Of a stretch of 64,000 bases of DNA, positions 56,773 to 64,000 are shown in pieces. Under the pieces are notes generated by a model. It was not told the DNA's origin, searched no databases, and worked only from the letters and a program-made list of their open reading frames with translations. Both the position numbers and the translations under genes were made by a program. The number at the start of each line of letters is the position of its first letter. Within the stretch, counting starts at the first letter, position 1. The stretch lies in the IMG/VR virus record IMGVR_UViG_3300027969_000045. One strand, given 5' to 3'. The stretch is from a virus.

Positions 56773-57749
56773 TGAAAATTGCATTTATTGGACCTGGAAT
56801 TATGCCCATTCCTCCTGATGGGTGGGGGGCAGTTGAATCTTTAATCTGGGAAATTGCTTGTGAACTTGGGGAAATGGGTCATAGTGGAACAATTATTAAT
56901 GATCCAAATTTGAATGAAATTATTAAAACAGTCCAACAAGATGAGTACGATTTCATTCATTTATTTTATGATGTTTTTCACCCAATTATGGATGAGATTA
57001 AAAGGTTGTGTCCCAAATCTATAACTGCGATTAGTAGTGCTTATCCTTATGTGGATCAATTTCAATTTCATCAAAGAGATGGATATGATAAAACATATAA
57101 GTGGTTGATTGAACAAAAAAATCATTATAATTTTTGTTTGTCTGATAAAGATTTTGAAACATTTAAAAAGGGTGGAGCAGACGAATCAAAACTTTTGAGA
57201 CTTGGACTTGGTGCTCAACATAAGAATTTTAAATTTAATATTGAATGCGAAAAACCAAATAAAACCCTATATATGGCAAAAATTGAAGTTAGAAAACGTC
57301 AATGGGTCTATCAGTCAATTGATAGCATTGAGTTTGTTGGTAGATATTCTCCCACAACTACATTTGATAAACTTCATAAAAGTTATATTGGAGAGTGGAC
57401 AACAGAACAAAAACACGAAAATGTAACCAAGTATGCAAATTTACTTCTTCTTTCTGATGGTGAAAATGGGACTCCGCTCGTAATTAAAGAGGCACTTGTT
57501 TCTGGTATTGGTGTGGTTTGTTCTAAGTATGCTGCTTATGATTTGGATCATAGTCTTCCATTTATTACAGTTGTTCCTGATGATAAATTAAATGACTTGA
57601 ATTATGTGAGTAATGCAATTAAAGAAAATCGTGAAGTATCTGTGAACATGCGACAGCAAATTCATGAATATGGTGTAAATAATTTTTCTTGGGAGAATAT
57701 TGTAAAACCTTATATTCAAACTATTGAAAAATTGGAGAGTGTTCAGTGA
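56772..57749 (+). CDS. Glycosyltransferase (GT4-like)
   Basis: PIPPDGWGAVE, SDGENGTPLVIKEAL, FSWENI. Confidence 0.8.
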   Translation: MKIAFIGPGIMPIPPDGWGAVESLIWEIACELGEMGHSGTIINDPNLNEIIKTVQQDEYDFIHLFYDVFHPIMDEIKRLCPKSITAISSAYPYVDQFQFHQRDGYDKTYKWLIEQKNHYNFCLSDKDFETFKKGGADESKLLRLGLGAQHKNFKFNIECEKPNKTLYMAKIEVRKRQWVYQSIDSIEFVGRYSPTTTFDKLHKSYIGEWTTEQKHENVTKYANLLLLSDGENGTPLVIKEALVSGIGVVCSKYAAYDLDHSLPFITVVPDDKLNDLNYVSNAIKENREVSVNMRQQIHEYGVNNFSWENIVKPYIQTIEKLESVQ

Positions 57750-58699
57750 AAATCTGCATCATTGGTCCTGGATTTTCTCAAATTCCACCAGTTGGTTGGG
57801 GTGCTGTTGAAATTGTAATTTGGGATACAGCAAATACGTTGAAAGAATTAGGACATCAAGTAGATATTATTAATACTACTGATCCCCAACAAATTCTTTC
57901 AACAATTAATCAAATTAATCCGGATTTTGTTCACGTTCATTATGATGATTATGTCTTCTTGTATCCATATATTCAATTTCCAAAAGCAATTACAACGCAT
58001 TATGGATATCTAGAAAGACCAGAAATGTATGGTGCTTACTCATATAAAGCAAATGGATTTGCAAATATCAAACCAAATGTTTTTGCTTTGTCTGATGGTA
58101 TTAAAAGTATCTATCAAAATCAAATGAGAATTCCGGAACAAAACTTATATACTGTTCCAAATGGTGTGATTAATGAGAATTTTAAATTTACTAATACACC
58201 AGAATTTCCAAATAGATCAATCTACCTAGCAAAAGTAGATTACAGAAAGAGGCAGTGTTTATTTCAATCAATATCTTCAATTTATTATGCTGGAAATATT
58301 GTAGATGAAAGATTTGATAGAAATAAAAATTATCTTGGGGAATGGTCAAAAGAAGATTTGTATAATAATTTAACTGATTATGCGAATCTTATTTTACTCT
58401 CTGATGGTGAAGCACATCCACTTGTTTGTATGGAAGCACTCTCTGCTGGATTGGGTCTTGTGATTTCTGAATGGGCAACTGCTAATTTGGATTTAAATAA
58501 AGATTTCATTACTGTTATTCCTGAAAGTAAAATTATAGACTTGGAATATGTGTCTTTAAAAATTGAAGAAAATAGAACAATATCTTTACAAAAAAGAAAT
58601 GAAATAGTAGAGTATTCAAAAGAATTTGCTTGGAAAAAACAAATTGAAAACTATTATATTCCTGCTGTAAAACAAGTTATGCAAAAATCTAATGGATAA
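57746..58699 (+). CDS. Glycosyltransferase (GT4-like), paralogue of previous gene
   Basis: IPPVGWGAVE, VPNG, SDGEAHPLVCMEAL. Confidence 0.8.
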   Translation: MKICIIGPGFSQIPPVGWGAVEIVIWDTANTLKELGHQVDIINTTDPQQILSTINQINPDFVHVHYDDYVFLYPYIQFPKAITTHYGYLERPEMYGAYSYKANGFANIKPNVFALSDGIKSIYQNQMRIPEQNLYTVPNGVINENFKFTNTPEFPNRSIYLAKVDYRKRQCLFQSISSIYYAGNIVDERFDRNKNYLGEWSKEDLYNNLTDYANLILLSDGEAHPLVCMEALSAGLGLVISEWATANLDLNKDFITVIPESKIIDLEYVSLKIEENRTISLQKRNEIVEYSKEFAWKKQIENYYIPAVKQVMQKSNG

Positions 58700-59489
58700 A
58701 AACAAATCTACCTACAAACTTCAAGGAATTGGTCCAATTTATTACATTAATCTTGATGGACAACCAGAAAGAAAACAATATGTAGAAGATCAATTTGAGT
58801 ATTGGGAAATTGAAAATTACACTCGTATTTCTGCTTATGATGGTCGTAATGATGATTTAAGTGATATTATATCTGGTCGTTATCCAGATAATATGACTTC
58901 TGGTGAGATTGGGTGTGTCACCTCCCACCTTAAAGCAATCAAGCATTGGTACGAAACAACAGATAGTCCATATGCAATTATTATGGAAGATGATGTTGAT
59001 CTGCAACTTGTAAAGAATTGGGATTTTTCTTGGAAAGATTTTTACTCATTGATTCCCTATGATTGGGATGTAGTTCAACTTGCTATTATTTGTACTGGAC
59101 CTTTACATATCAAACTTCATAAAAGATTTGTAAATAACTTTTCTACTGCCGCTTATATGATTAATCGGCATCACGCAGAAAAACTTTTAAAGTTTCATAT
59201 TCGGGGTGATAAGTATAAACTTGATAATGGATGCAAACCAAGAGCGGTTGCAGATGATCTAGTTTATAATTCTGGAAATACTTATAGTATTCCTTTACTT
59301 CTTTATAAAATTCAATTGGGTTCTTCTATTCACCCAGAGCACGTTGATATTTTTCACAAATCAAGTCACGATGGTCTCTTAGAATTTTGGCAACAGAAAG
59401 GGGCAGGATTGAATATTCGGGAACTGATGGATTATGATCCTTATCTTGGTAGAATTACTGAAAATGTTCCAGAACAAAGTAACACTTGA
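58692..59489 (+). CDS. Glycosyltransferase family 25
   Basis: YYINLD..ER, RISAYDG, GEIGC..SH, IMEDD, STAAY. Confidence 0.85.
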   Translation: MDKNKSTYKLQGIGPIYYINLDGQPERKQYVEDQFEYWEIENYTRISAYDGRNDDLSDIISGRYPDNMTSGEIGCVTSHLKAIKHWYETTDSPYAIIMEDDVDLQLVKNWDFSWKDFYSLIPYDWDVVQLAIICTGPLHIKLHKRFVNNFSTAAYMINRHHAEKLLKFHIRGDKYKLDNGCKPRAVADDLVYNSGNTYSIPLLLYKIQLGSSIHPEHVDIFHKSSHDGLLEFWQQKGAGLNIRELMDYDPYLGRITENVPEQSNT

Positions 59490-59514
59490 CAAGTCTTAAC
59501 ATTTCCTATATAAT
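59486..59514 (+). promoter_or_regulatory. Consensus sigma70 promoter for hli genes
   Basis: TTGACA-17 bp-TATAAT. Confidence 0.8.
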
Positions 59515-59541
59515 TGTGTAGTAAAACTTCATAAAACAAAA

Positions 59542-59751
59542 ATGACTGTAACAACCAATGAGCGCGGGCAAAATAATATGTGGGCACTTGAGCCAAAAGT
59601 TTATATTTCTGATGAAGATGCAATCAAATATGGAATTAAAACTTATGCCGAACGTGCAGAGCTTGCTAATGGAAAATTTGCGATGCTTGGATTTGTTGCC
59701 GCAATTATATCTTATGCGACAACAGGACACCTCTTTTTTGGTGTAATCTAA
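59542..59751 (+). CDS. hli: High-light inducible protein
   Basis: AELANGKFAMLGF chlorophyll-binding helix (K replaces the usual R). Confidence 0.88.
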   Translation: MTVTTNERGQNNMWALEPKVYISDEDAIKYGIKTYAERAELANGKFAMLGFVAAIISYATTGHLFFGVI

Positions 59752-59837
59752 TGGGAGAAGCAATCTTTACCATCGCAAGCATTGCCTTCTTTGTGCTTCT
59801 TTCACATTCTATCAATCAACTTTCAGAAACTTACTAA
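59751..59837 (+). CDS. Small hydrophobic peptide (28 aa)
   Basis: MGEAIFTIASIAFFVLLSHSINQLSETY, coupled between two hli genes. Confidence 0.45.
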   Translation: MGEAIFTIASIAFFVLLSHSINQLSETY

Positions 59838-59850
59838 CGGAGAAACAAAA

Positions 59851-59970
59851 ATGAAATTCGGATTTACCCCTGAGGCAGAACTTCTTAATTCTCGCCTCGC
59901 AATGCTTGGATTTGTAATCGCAGTTGGCACTTATCTCGCCACTGGGCAAATTCTGCCTGGAGTATGGTGA
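59851..59970 (+). CDS. hli: High-light inducible protein
   Basis: MKFGFTPEAELLNSRLAMLGF..TGQILPGVW; GGAG RBS. Confidence 0.9.
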   Translation: MKFGFTPEAELLNSRLAMLGFVIAVGTYLATGQILPGVW

Positions 59971-60009
59971 GACCCTAACACAAGTAAGCAATTATACTTA
60001 TTCTTTGCT

Positions 60010-60041
60010 ATCCTCACTCTAAATAAGGGTGAGGATTTTTT
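60010..60041 (+). terminator. Terminator after hli genes
   Basis: ATCCTCACTCT/AGGGTGAGGAT with T run; CTAAATA at apex. Confidence 0.7.
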
Positions 60042-60130
60042 TGTTTGGACGATGTATAATATATTGGAGATTTATTTTTTAGTCATTTTTGTCGTTCTGG
60101 TGCTGAAGGCAGCGACTTTCAAATGACCCC

Positions 60131-60164
60131 TTGACAGGACCCAGGGACCGTGCTATGATAAATA
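60131..60164 (+). promoter_or_regulatory. psbA promoter: sigma70 with overlapping late promoter
   Basis: TTGACA-17 bp-TATGAT (TG extended) overlapping ATAAATA. Confidence 0.75.
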
Positions 60165-60200
60165 AGTCAGGAAACGAAGACAAATCTTTACGTTTCTTAA

Positions 60201-60266
60201 CCTTCTGTAACCGAGATCATCAGAAGTAAAGCGTCTCTCATATCCGTACTGGAGGGTGGTACGGAA
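60201..60266 (+). ncRNA. PhotoRC-II-like RNA motif in the psbA leader
   Basis: CTTCTG/CAGAAG stem with loop AACCGAGA pairing downstream GTCTCTCATA, then TCCGTAC/GTACGGA hairpin; matches my recollection of the cyanophage psbA leader motif. Confidence 0.7.
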
Positions 60267-60318
60267 ATAACTGTAACATTCAGTTCCCCCTGAATTCTTA
60301 TTTACCCTTTAACGAAAA

Positions 60319-61398
60319 ATGACTGCTACAATTGCTACACGTTCTGATAATAATGTCTGGGAACAGTTTTGTTCTTGGATTACTTCTACCGACAACCGTC
60401 TTTATGTTGGTTGGTTCGGTGTTCTACTTATTCCAACAGTTTTAACTGCAACCATCTGCTTTATTCTTGCTTTTATTGCGGCACCTCCAACAGATCTGGA
60501 CGGAATTAGGGAAGCAGTATCTGGTTCTCTAATGTATGGCAATAACATTATTAGTGCTTCAGTAATTCCTAGTTCTAATGCCATAGGATTGCATCTATAC
60601 CCAATTTGGGAAGCACAATCTCTGGAAGAATGGCTATACAATGGAGGCGAATATCAACTTATTGTTTTCCATTTTATGATTGCAATTTATGCTTATATGG
60701 GTCGTGAATGGGAACTTTCATATAGGTTGTCAATGCGCCCTTGGATTTGTGTTGCTTATAGTGCTCCTGTTGCTGCTGCTACTGCTATCTTTCTTGCTTA
60801 TCCAATTTCACAAGGTTCATTTTCTGATGGATTTCCTTTGGGAATTTCGGGCCAATTTAATTTTATGTTAGTCTTTCAGGCAGAGCATAATATTCTTATG
60901 AATCCGTTTCATATGTTAGGTGTTGCTGGTGTTTTTGGTGGCGCTTTAGTTTCTGCCACTCACGGATCACTCGTAACAAGTTCTCTTGTGAGAGAAACTA
61001 CTGAGGAGGAAAGTCAAAATAAAGGATATAAATTTGGTCAAGAACAAGAAACTTATAATTTAGTTGCCGCACACGGGTATCTGGGTCGTCTTCTGTTTCA
61101 ATATGCATCCTTTAATAATAGTCGTTCATTGCACTTTGTGATGGCTGCACTACCTGTTATTGGTATTTGGTTTGCTGCTTGTGGAATTTTTATGTCTGGT
61201 TTTAATCTCAACGGACTAAATTTCAACCAAAGTATCTTAGATCATCAGGGGCGTGTTGTTCCTACTTGGGCGGACGTATTGAACCGGGCAAATCTTGGTC
61301 TAGAAACTATTCATGAACGCAATAGTCATCAGTTTCCATTAGATTTGGCATTTTCTTCTGGTTCTGAAGTTGCACTTGTTGCACCTTCAGTTGGTTGA
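60319..61398 (+). CDS. psbA: Photosystem II D1 protein, strongly divergent
   Basis: Full-length D1 with D61, Y161, D170, E189, H190, H198, H215, H252, S264, H272, H332, E333, H337, D342, A344; no intron. Confidence 0.97.
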   Translation: MTATIATRSDNNVWEQFCSWITSTDNRLYVGWFGVLLIPTVLTATICFILAFIAAPPTDLDGIREAVSGSLMYGNNIISASVIPSSNAIGLHLYPIWEAQSLEEWLYNGGEYQLIVFHFMIAIYAYMGREWELSYRLSMRPWICVAYSAPVAAATAIFLAYPISQGSFSDGFPLGISGQFNFMLVFQAEHNILMNPFHMLGVAGVFGGALVSATHGSLVTSSLVRETTEEESQNKGYKFGQEQETYNLVAAHGYLGRLLFQYASFNNSRSLHFVMAALPVIGIWFAACGIFMSGFNLNGLNFNQSILDHQGRVVPTWADVLNRANLGLETIHERNSHQFPLDLAFSSGSEVALVAPSVG

Positions 61399-61464
61399 CA
61401 AATAAATTATTATTTGGTATAATAATCCCATAAATACCAAGAGGAAGGAAACTTCCTCTTTTTT
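61395..61464 (+). promoter_or_regulatory. sigma70 and late promoters followed immediately by a terminator
   Basis: TTGACA 61395, 17 bp, TATAAT 61418; ATAAATA; AAGAGGAAG-GAAA-CTTCCTCTT with T run. Confidence 0.65.
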
Positions 61465-61479
61465 AATAACTCAACTTTT

Positions 61480-62190
61480 ATGGACACTATATACGAACAA
61501 TTTATTTCATATTTAAAGGAAAAGGAAAAAAATATATCTGGATATGTTGAAAAGCATAGGATTATTCCGGGACATTCTGGTGGAAAATATATTGATAATA
61601 ATATAGTATTAGTCTCTTTTCCAGAACATTGTTTGGCGCATTTTTACCGATATTTAGCATATGGAAATTCTATTGACTTATATGCCTATCATAAAATGGT
61701 AGGAGATACAGTAGAAGCGAGAATATCTAGGTCAAAATCGGGTGGAGAAGCAGCAAAAAATATTAAAGTTGGATGTTTTAAAGATTATAAATGTAGGGAA
61801 GATACTTTAATAAACCCAGGAAGAAGTGCATATTATAATAAGGATATACAATCGTCTAATGGCAAAAAAAGAAAGAAACAACTTACAGAAGAAGATTTTT
61901 TTTCTTCTGAAAATCAAAAAGTTCGCGGTAAAAAAGGAGCAGAAGTTAATAGAAAAAATGGTACTGGAGCATTTGACTCAAAAAATTTAGAGAAGGCAAG
62001 AAAAAAACAAAAAGAAATGGGAATTGGTGTTCATAATAAGTTGTTTCAAAAATCTATGGCATTTAGAAGATGGGGTGCGGTACTTGATGGTAAAAGATTA
62101 TTTTATGATTTGGATATGAGAACTACTCTATCGGAAACTTTTGTCGATTATCATCTTAATTATGGATTAATTAATAATTACTCTAACTAA
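61480..62190 (+). CDS. HNH-like homing endonuclease downstream of psbA
   Basis: EKHRIIPGHSGGKY..NNIVLV..EHCLAHFYR; basic repeats similar in style to the 15136 HNH. Confidence 0.75.
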   Translation: MDTIYEQFISYLKEKEKNISGYVEKHRIIPGHSGGKYIDNNIVLVSFPEHCLAHFYRYLAYGNSIDLYAYHKMVGDTVEARISRSKSGGEAAKNIKVGCFKDYKCREDTLINPGRSAYYNKDIQSSNGKKRKKQLTEEDFFSSENQKVRGKKGAEVNRKNGTGAFDSKNLEKARKKQKEMGIGVHNKLFQKSMAFRRWGAVLDGKRLFYDLDMRTTLSETFVDYHLNYGLINNYSN

Positions 62191-62229
62191 AATCCTCCCC
62201 TTGATACCACCCCCCAGTAATATTAAAAA

Positions 62230-62853
62230 ATGTCTTATTTGAATCATAACTTACCTGATTGGAGTTGTTACATTCGTAATGAGTTTCTATATAATCACAA
62301 AAAAGGACAAGGTGAAGTTACAAAATGTGATGTTCACTCTGTCGCAAGTATGGAGAAACGAGTTCCATTATTTGAATGTTTTCTAGAGAATGGTGTAAAC
62401 TGGACACGCAGACCATTACATTCACTTTGTTGGAAACTTGATGCAGAAATAGAACCTCTCAATCAAATTATGTATTGGGACTGTTTCTCTTCTTATGTGG
62501 ATGTTCAACGAAGAAATCGTCTTGCCGGATTGAAAGCAGAACTTATTCGTCCCGATAATACTAAAGTTCAAGGTGAGTATATGTTCACTCTTGACTGGGG
62601 ATTTGAGAATAAAGGAATGACGGACTTTAATTATTCAGAAACTCCAGAACATAAATGCGCTCATTTGTTCAAGGTGGAGACTGGTAATTATTATGCATAT
62701 CCAAATAATAGAATTATATGGATGGACTCCGCCTGGACATTCAATCGCATCCAGTCAAATCCCGGATATGAGATTGATACGAATTTGTATTCTGTAGAGA
62801 ACACAAGAACCTTTGAGACTTCAGACCATTACATTTACGACATTAAAGAATAA
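62230..62853 (+). CDS. Conserved cyanophage hypothetical protein
   Basis: YIRNEFLY..WDCFS..YMFTLDW..SETPEHKCAH..GNYYAYPNNRI. Confidence 0.75.
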   Translation: MSYLNHNLPDWSCYIRNEFLYNHKKGQGEVTKCDVHSVASMEKRVPLFECFLENGVNWTRRPLHSLCWKLDAEIEPLNQIMYWDCFSSYVDVQRRNRLAGLKAELIRPDNTKVQGEYMFTLDWGFENKGMTDFNYSETPEHKCAHLFKVETGNYYAYPNNRIIWMDSAWTFNRIQSNPGYEIDTNLYSVENTRTFETSDHYIYDIKE

Positions 62854-62930
62854 TTTTTGAAAGACCCTCTTGTGGGGTCTCATTTTTTGTGCTATAATAA
62901 ATAAATCATAAGACGAAAAATAGTTCATAA

Positions 62931-64000
62931 GTGGCACTCAGAAAACCATCAGATATTTTTGATAAAAAAATTGAAGATATTAACATTCCAGTTGTTGAGT
63001 CTGATAGTTCTTTGTATCTTGAGTTAAGTAAAGTAGAAAGTTTATCAGAACAAGTATCTCAATTACAACAAGAACTATCGCAAAAAGTAATTCAAACTGA
63101 TCTTGAGAAGTTAGTTCTATCTCAGATCAATTCAATGCGGGAGAATTTCAATTACCTGCAAAATGACTTTAAGAAATCAAATAAAAAAGATATTTCTGAA
63201 TTTAAAGATAAAGTATCACAACTTACGGAGATTGTTGGTAATCTCATAGAAGAAGAAATACCAAAATACAAAAAACAAGTCACCAAAAATGAAGTTCGTA
63301 TTGGTGAAAAGTTTGATACTCTTAAAGAAGTAGTAGAAGAAAATATTGTTGATATTAGAGGTGAGATAGACACTCAAGTTAACAATATTGCCGAAGTAAT
63401 TGATAATAATCTAGAGTATTTTAACAATCAACTTCAAGAAACTTCTTCTAAAGTAAAAGACACTACCGATACTTATAATAAACTTTCTAAAATTTTAGAA
63501 AGTAAACTAGTAAAGGAAAATGAGAAGTTAGAAGAATACTCACAGATTATTCAATCTCTTCACGAAGAATTTGTAGAACTTCAATCATTACTAGAAGAAA
63601 AGACCTCTTCTTATGATCAAGTAATTCAAGAAAAGTTTGGGGATATTTCTTCAGATATAAACAAAAAAATTCGTAGTATTGATGAAGAAGTAGATACCTT
63701 TAAGAATAAAGTATCTTCAGATATAAACAAAAAAATTAGTAGTATTGATGAAGAAGTAGATACCTTTAAGAATAAAGTATCTTCAGAAATTTCAAATATC
63801 AAAGCAGATGTTGTTATTAACGAACAGCATATTAAGAATGTAGATAAGTATCTAAAAGAAAATCATTCAGAACTTATAGAACTCAAAGAAGAAGTTTTTG
63901 GTGAGATTGAAAAATTACCTATTGGAAATCTTCAAGAAAATTTAGAAAGACTTGAAAAGAAAATTGATTTTATCAAAGAAACTTATTCTCGAATTGAACC
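62931..64000 (+). CDS. Long coiled-coil late protein (runs off the window; not in ORF track)
   Basis: GTG start VALRKPSDIF.. after ATAAATA; heptad-rich frame with no stop seen in the parts read. Confidence 0.7.
   Translation, partial: MALRKPSDIFDKKIEDINIPVVESDSSLYLELSKVESLSEQVSQLQQELSQKVIQTDLEKLVLSQINSMRENFNYLQNDFKKSNKKDISEFKDKVSQLTEIVGNLIEEEIPKYKKQVTKNEVRIGEKFDTLKEVVEENIVDIRGEIDTQVNNIAEVIDNNLEYFNNQLQETSSKVKDTTDTYNKLSKILESKLVKENEKLEEYSQIIQSLHEEFVELQSLLEEKTSSYDQVIQEKFGDISSDINKKIRSIDEEVDTFKNKVSSDINKKISSIDEEVDTFKNKVSSEISNIKADVVINEQHIKNVDKYLKENHSELIELKEEVFGEIEKLPIGNLQENLERLEKKIDFIKETYSRIE
63648..63787 (+). repeat. 66-bp in-frame tandem duplication (2 copies plus partial, 1 mismatch)
   Basis: TCTTCAGATATAAACAAAAAAATT(C/A)GTAGTATTGATGAAGAAGTAGATACCTTTAAGAATAAAGTA twice. 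Confidence 0.9.

Noticed and set aside
60319-61398. Rogue D1 or chlorophyll f synthase, or an intron in psbA
   Set aside because: All Mn-cluster ligands are retained and the ORF is uninterrupted.

Overview
AT-rich segment of a large T4-like cyanomyophage genome, probably freshwater, judged from gene content and the mix of host sigma70 promoters (TTGACA-17-TATAAT) and T4-type late promoters (TATAAATA/CTAAATA). Layout: (1) 1-17.6 kb, T4 replication/recombination module (gp47, gp46, gp45, gp44, gp62, regA, hsp20, gp43, uvsX, gp41, mazG); (2) 17.6-27.2 kb, late genes including putative head-internal and structural proteins; (3) 27.2-33 kb, gp61, nrdA, nrdB; (4) 33-42.4 kb, modular late proteins, peptidoglycan enzymes, an SLH/beta-barrel protein, Dps, an orphan Phd-like protein and two tRNAs; (5) 42.4-59.5 kb, an 18-gene sugar-nucleotide/glycosyltransferase island; (6) 59.5-64 kb, hli genes, a strongly diverged psbA and downstream genes. 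About nine homing-endonuclease-like ORFs are scattered through the window. Highlights: gp41 and nrdA are each fractured into two genes joined by split inteins with an endonuclease gene in between (the gp41 N-intein is only 16 aa). A ~100-nt dual-late-promoter, covarying structured-RNA cassette precedes two paralogous GIY-YIG nucleases and is a candidate sRNA or pseudoknot control system. Several late proteins look like capsid-targeted polyproteins cut by the prohead protease. The D1 protein keeps all Mn-cluster ligands but has many QB-pocket and ChlD1-region substitutions. A multi-stem RNA leader precedes rlpA. All family calls come from recognising motifs by eye; no searches were run.
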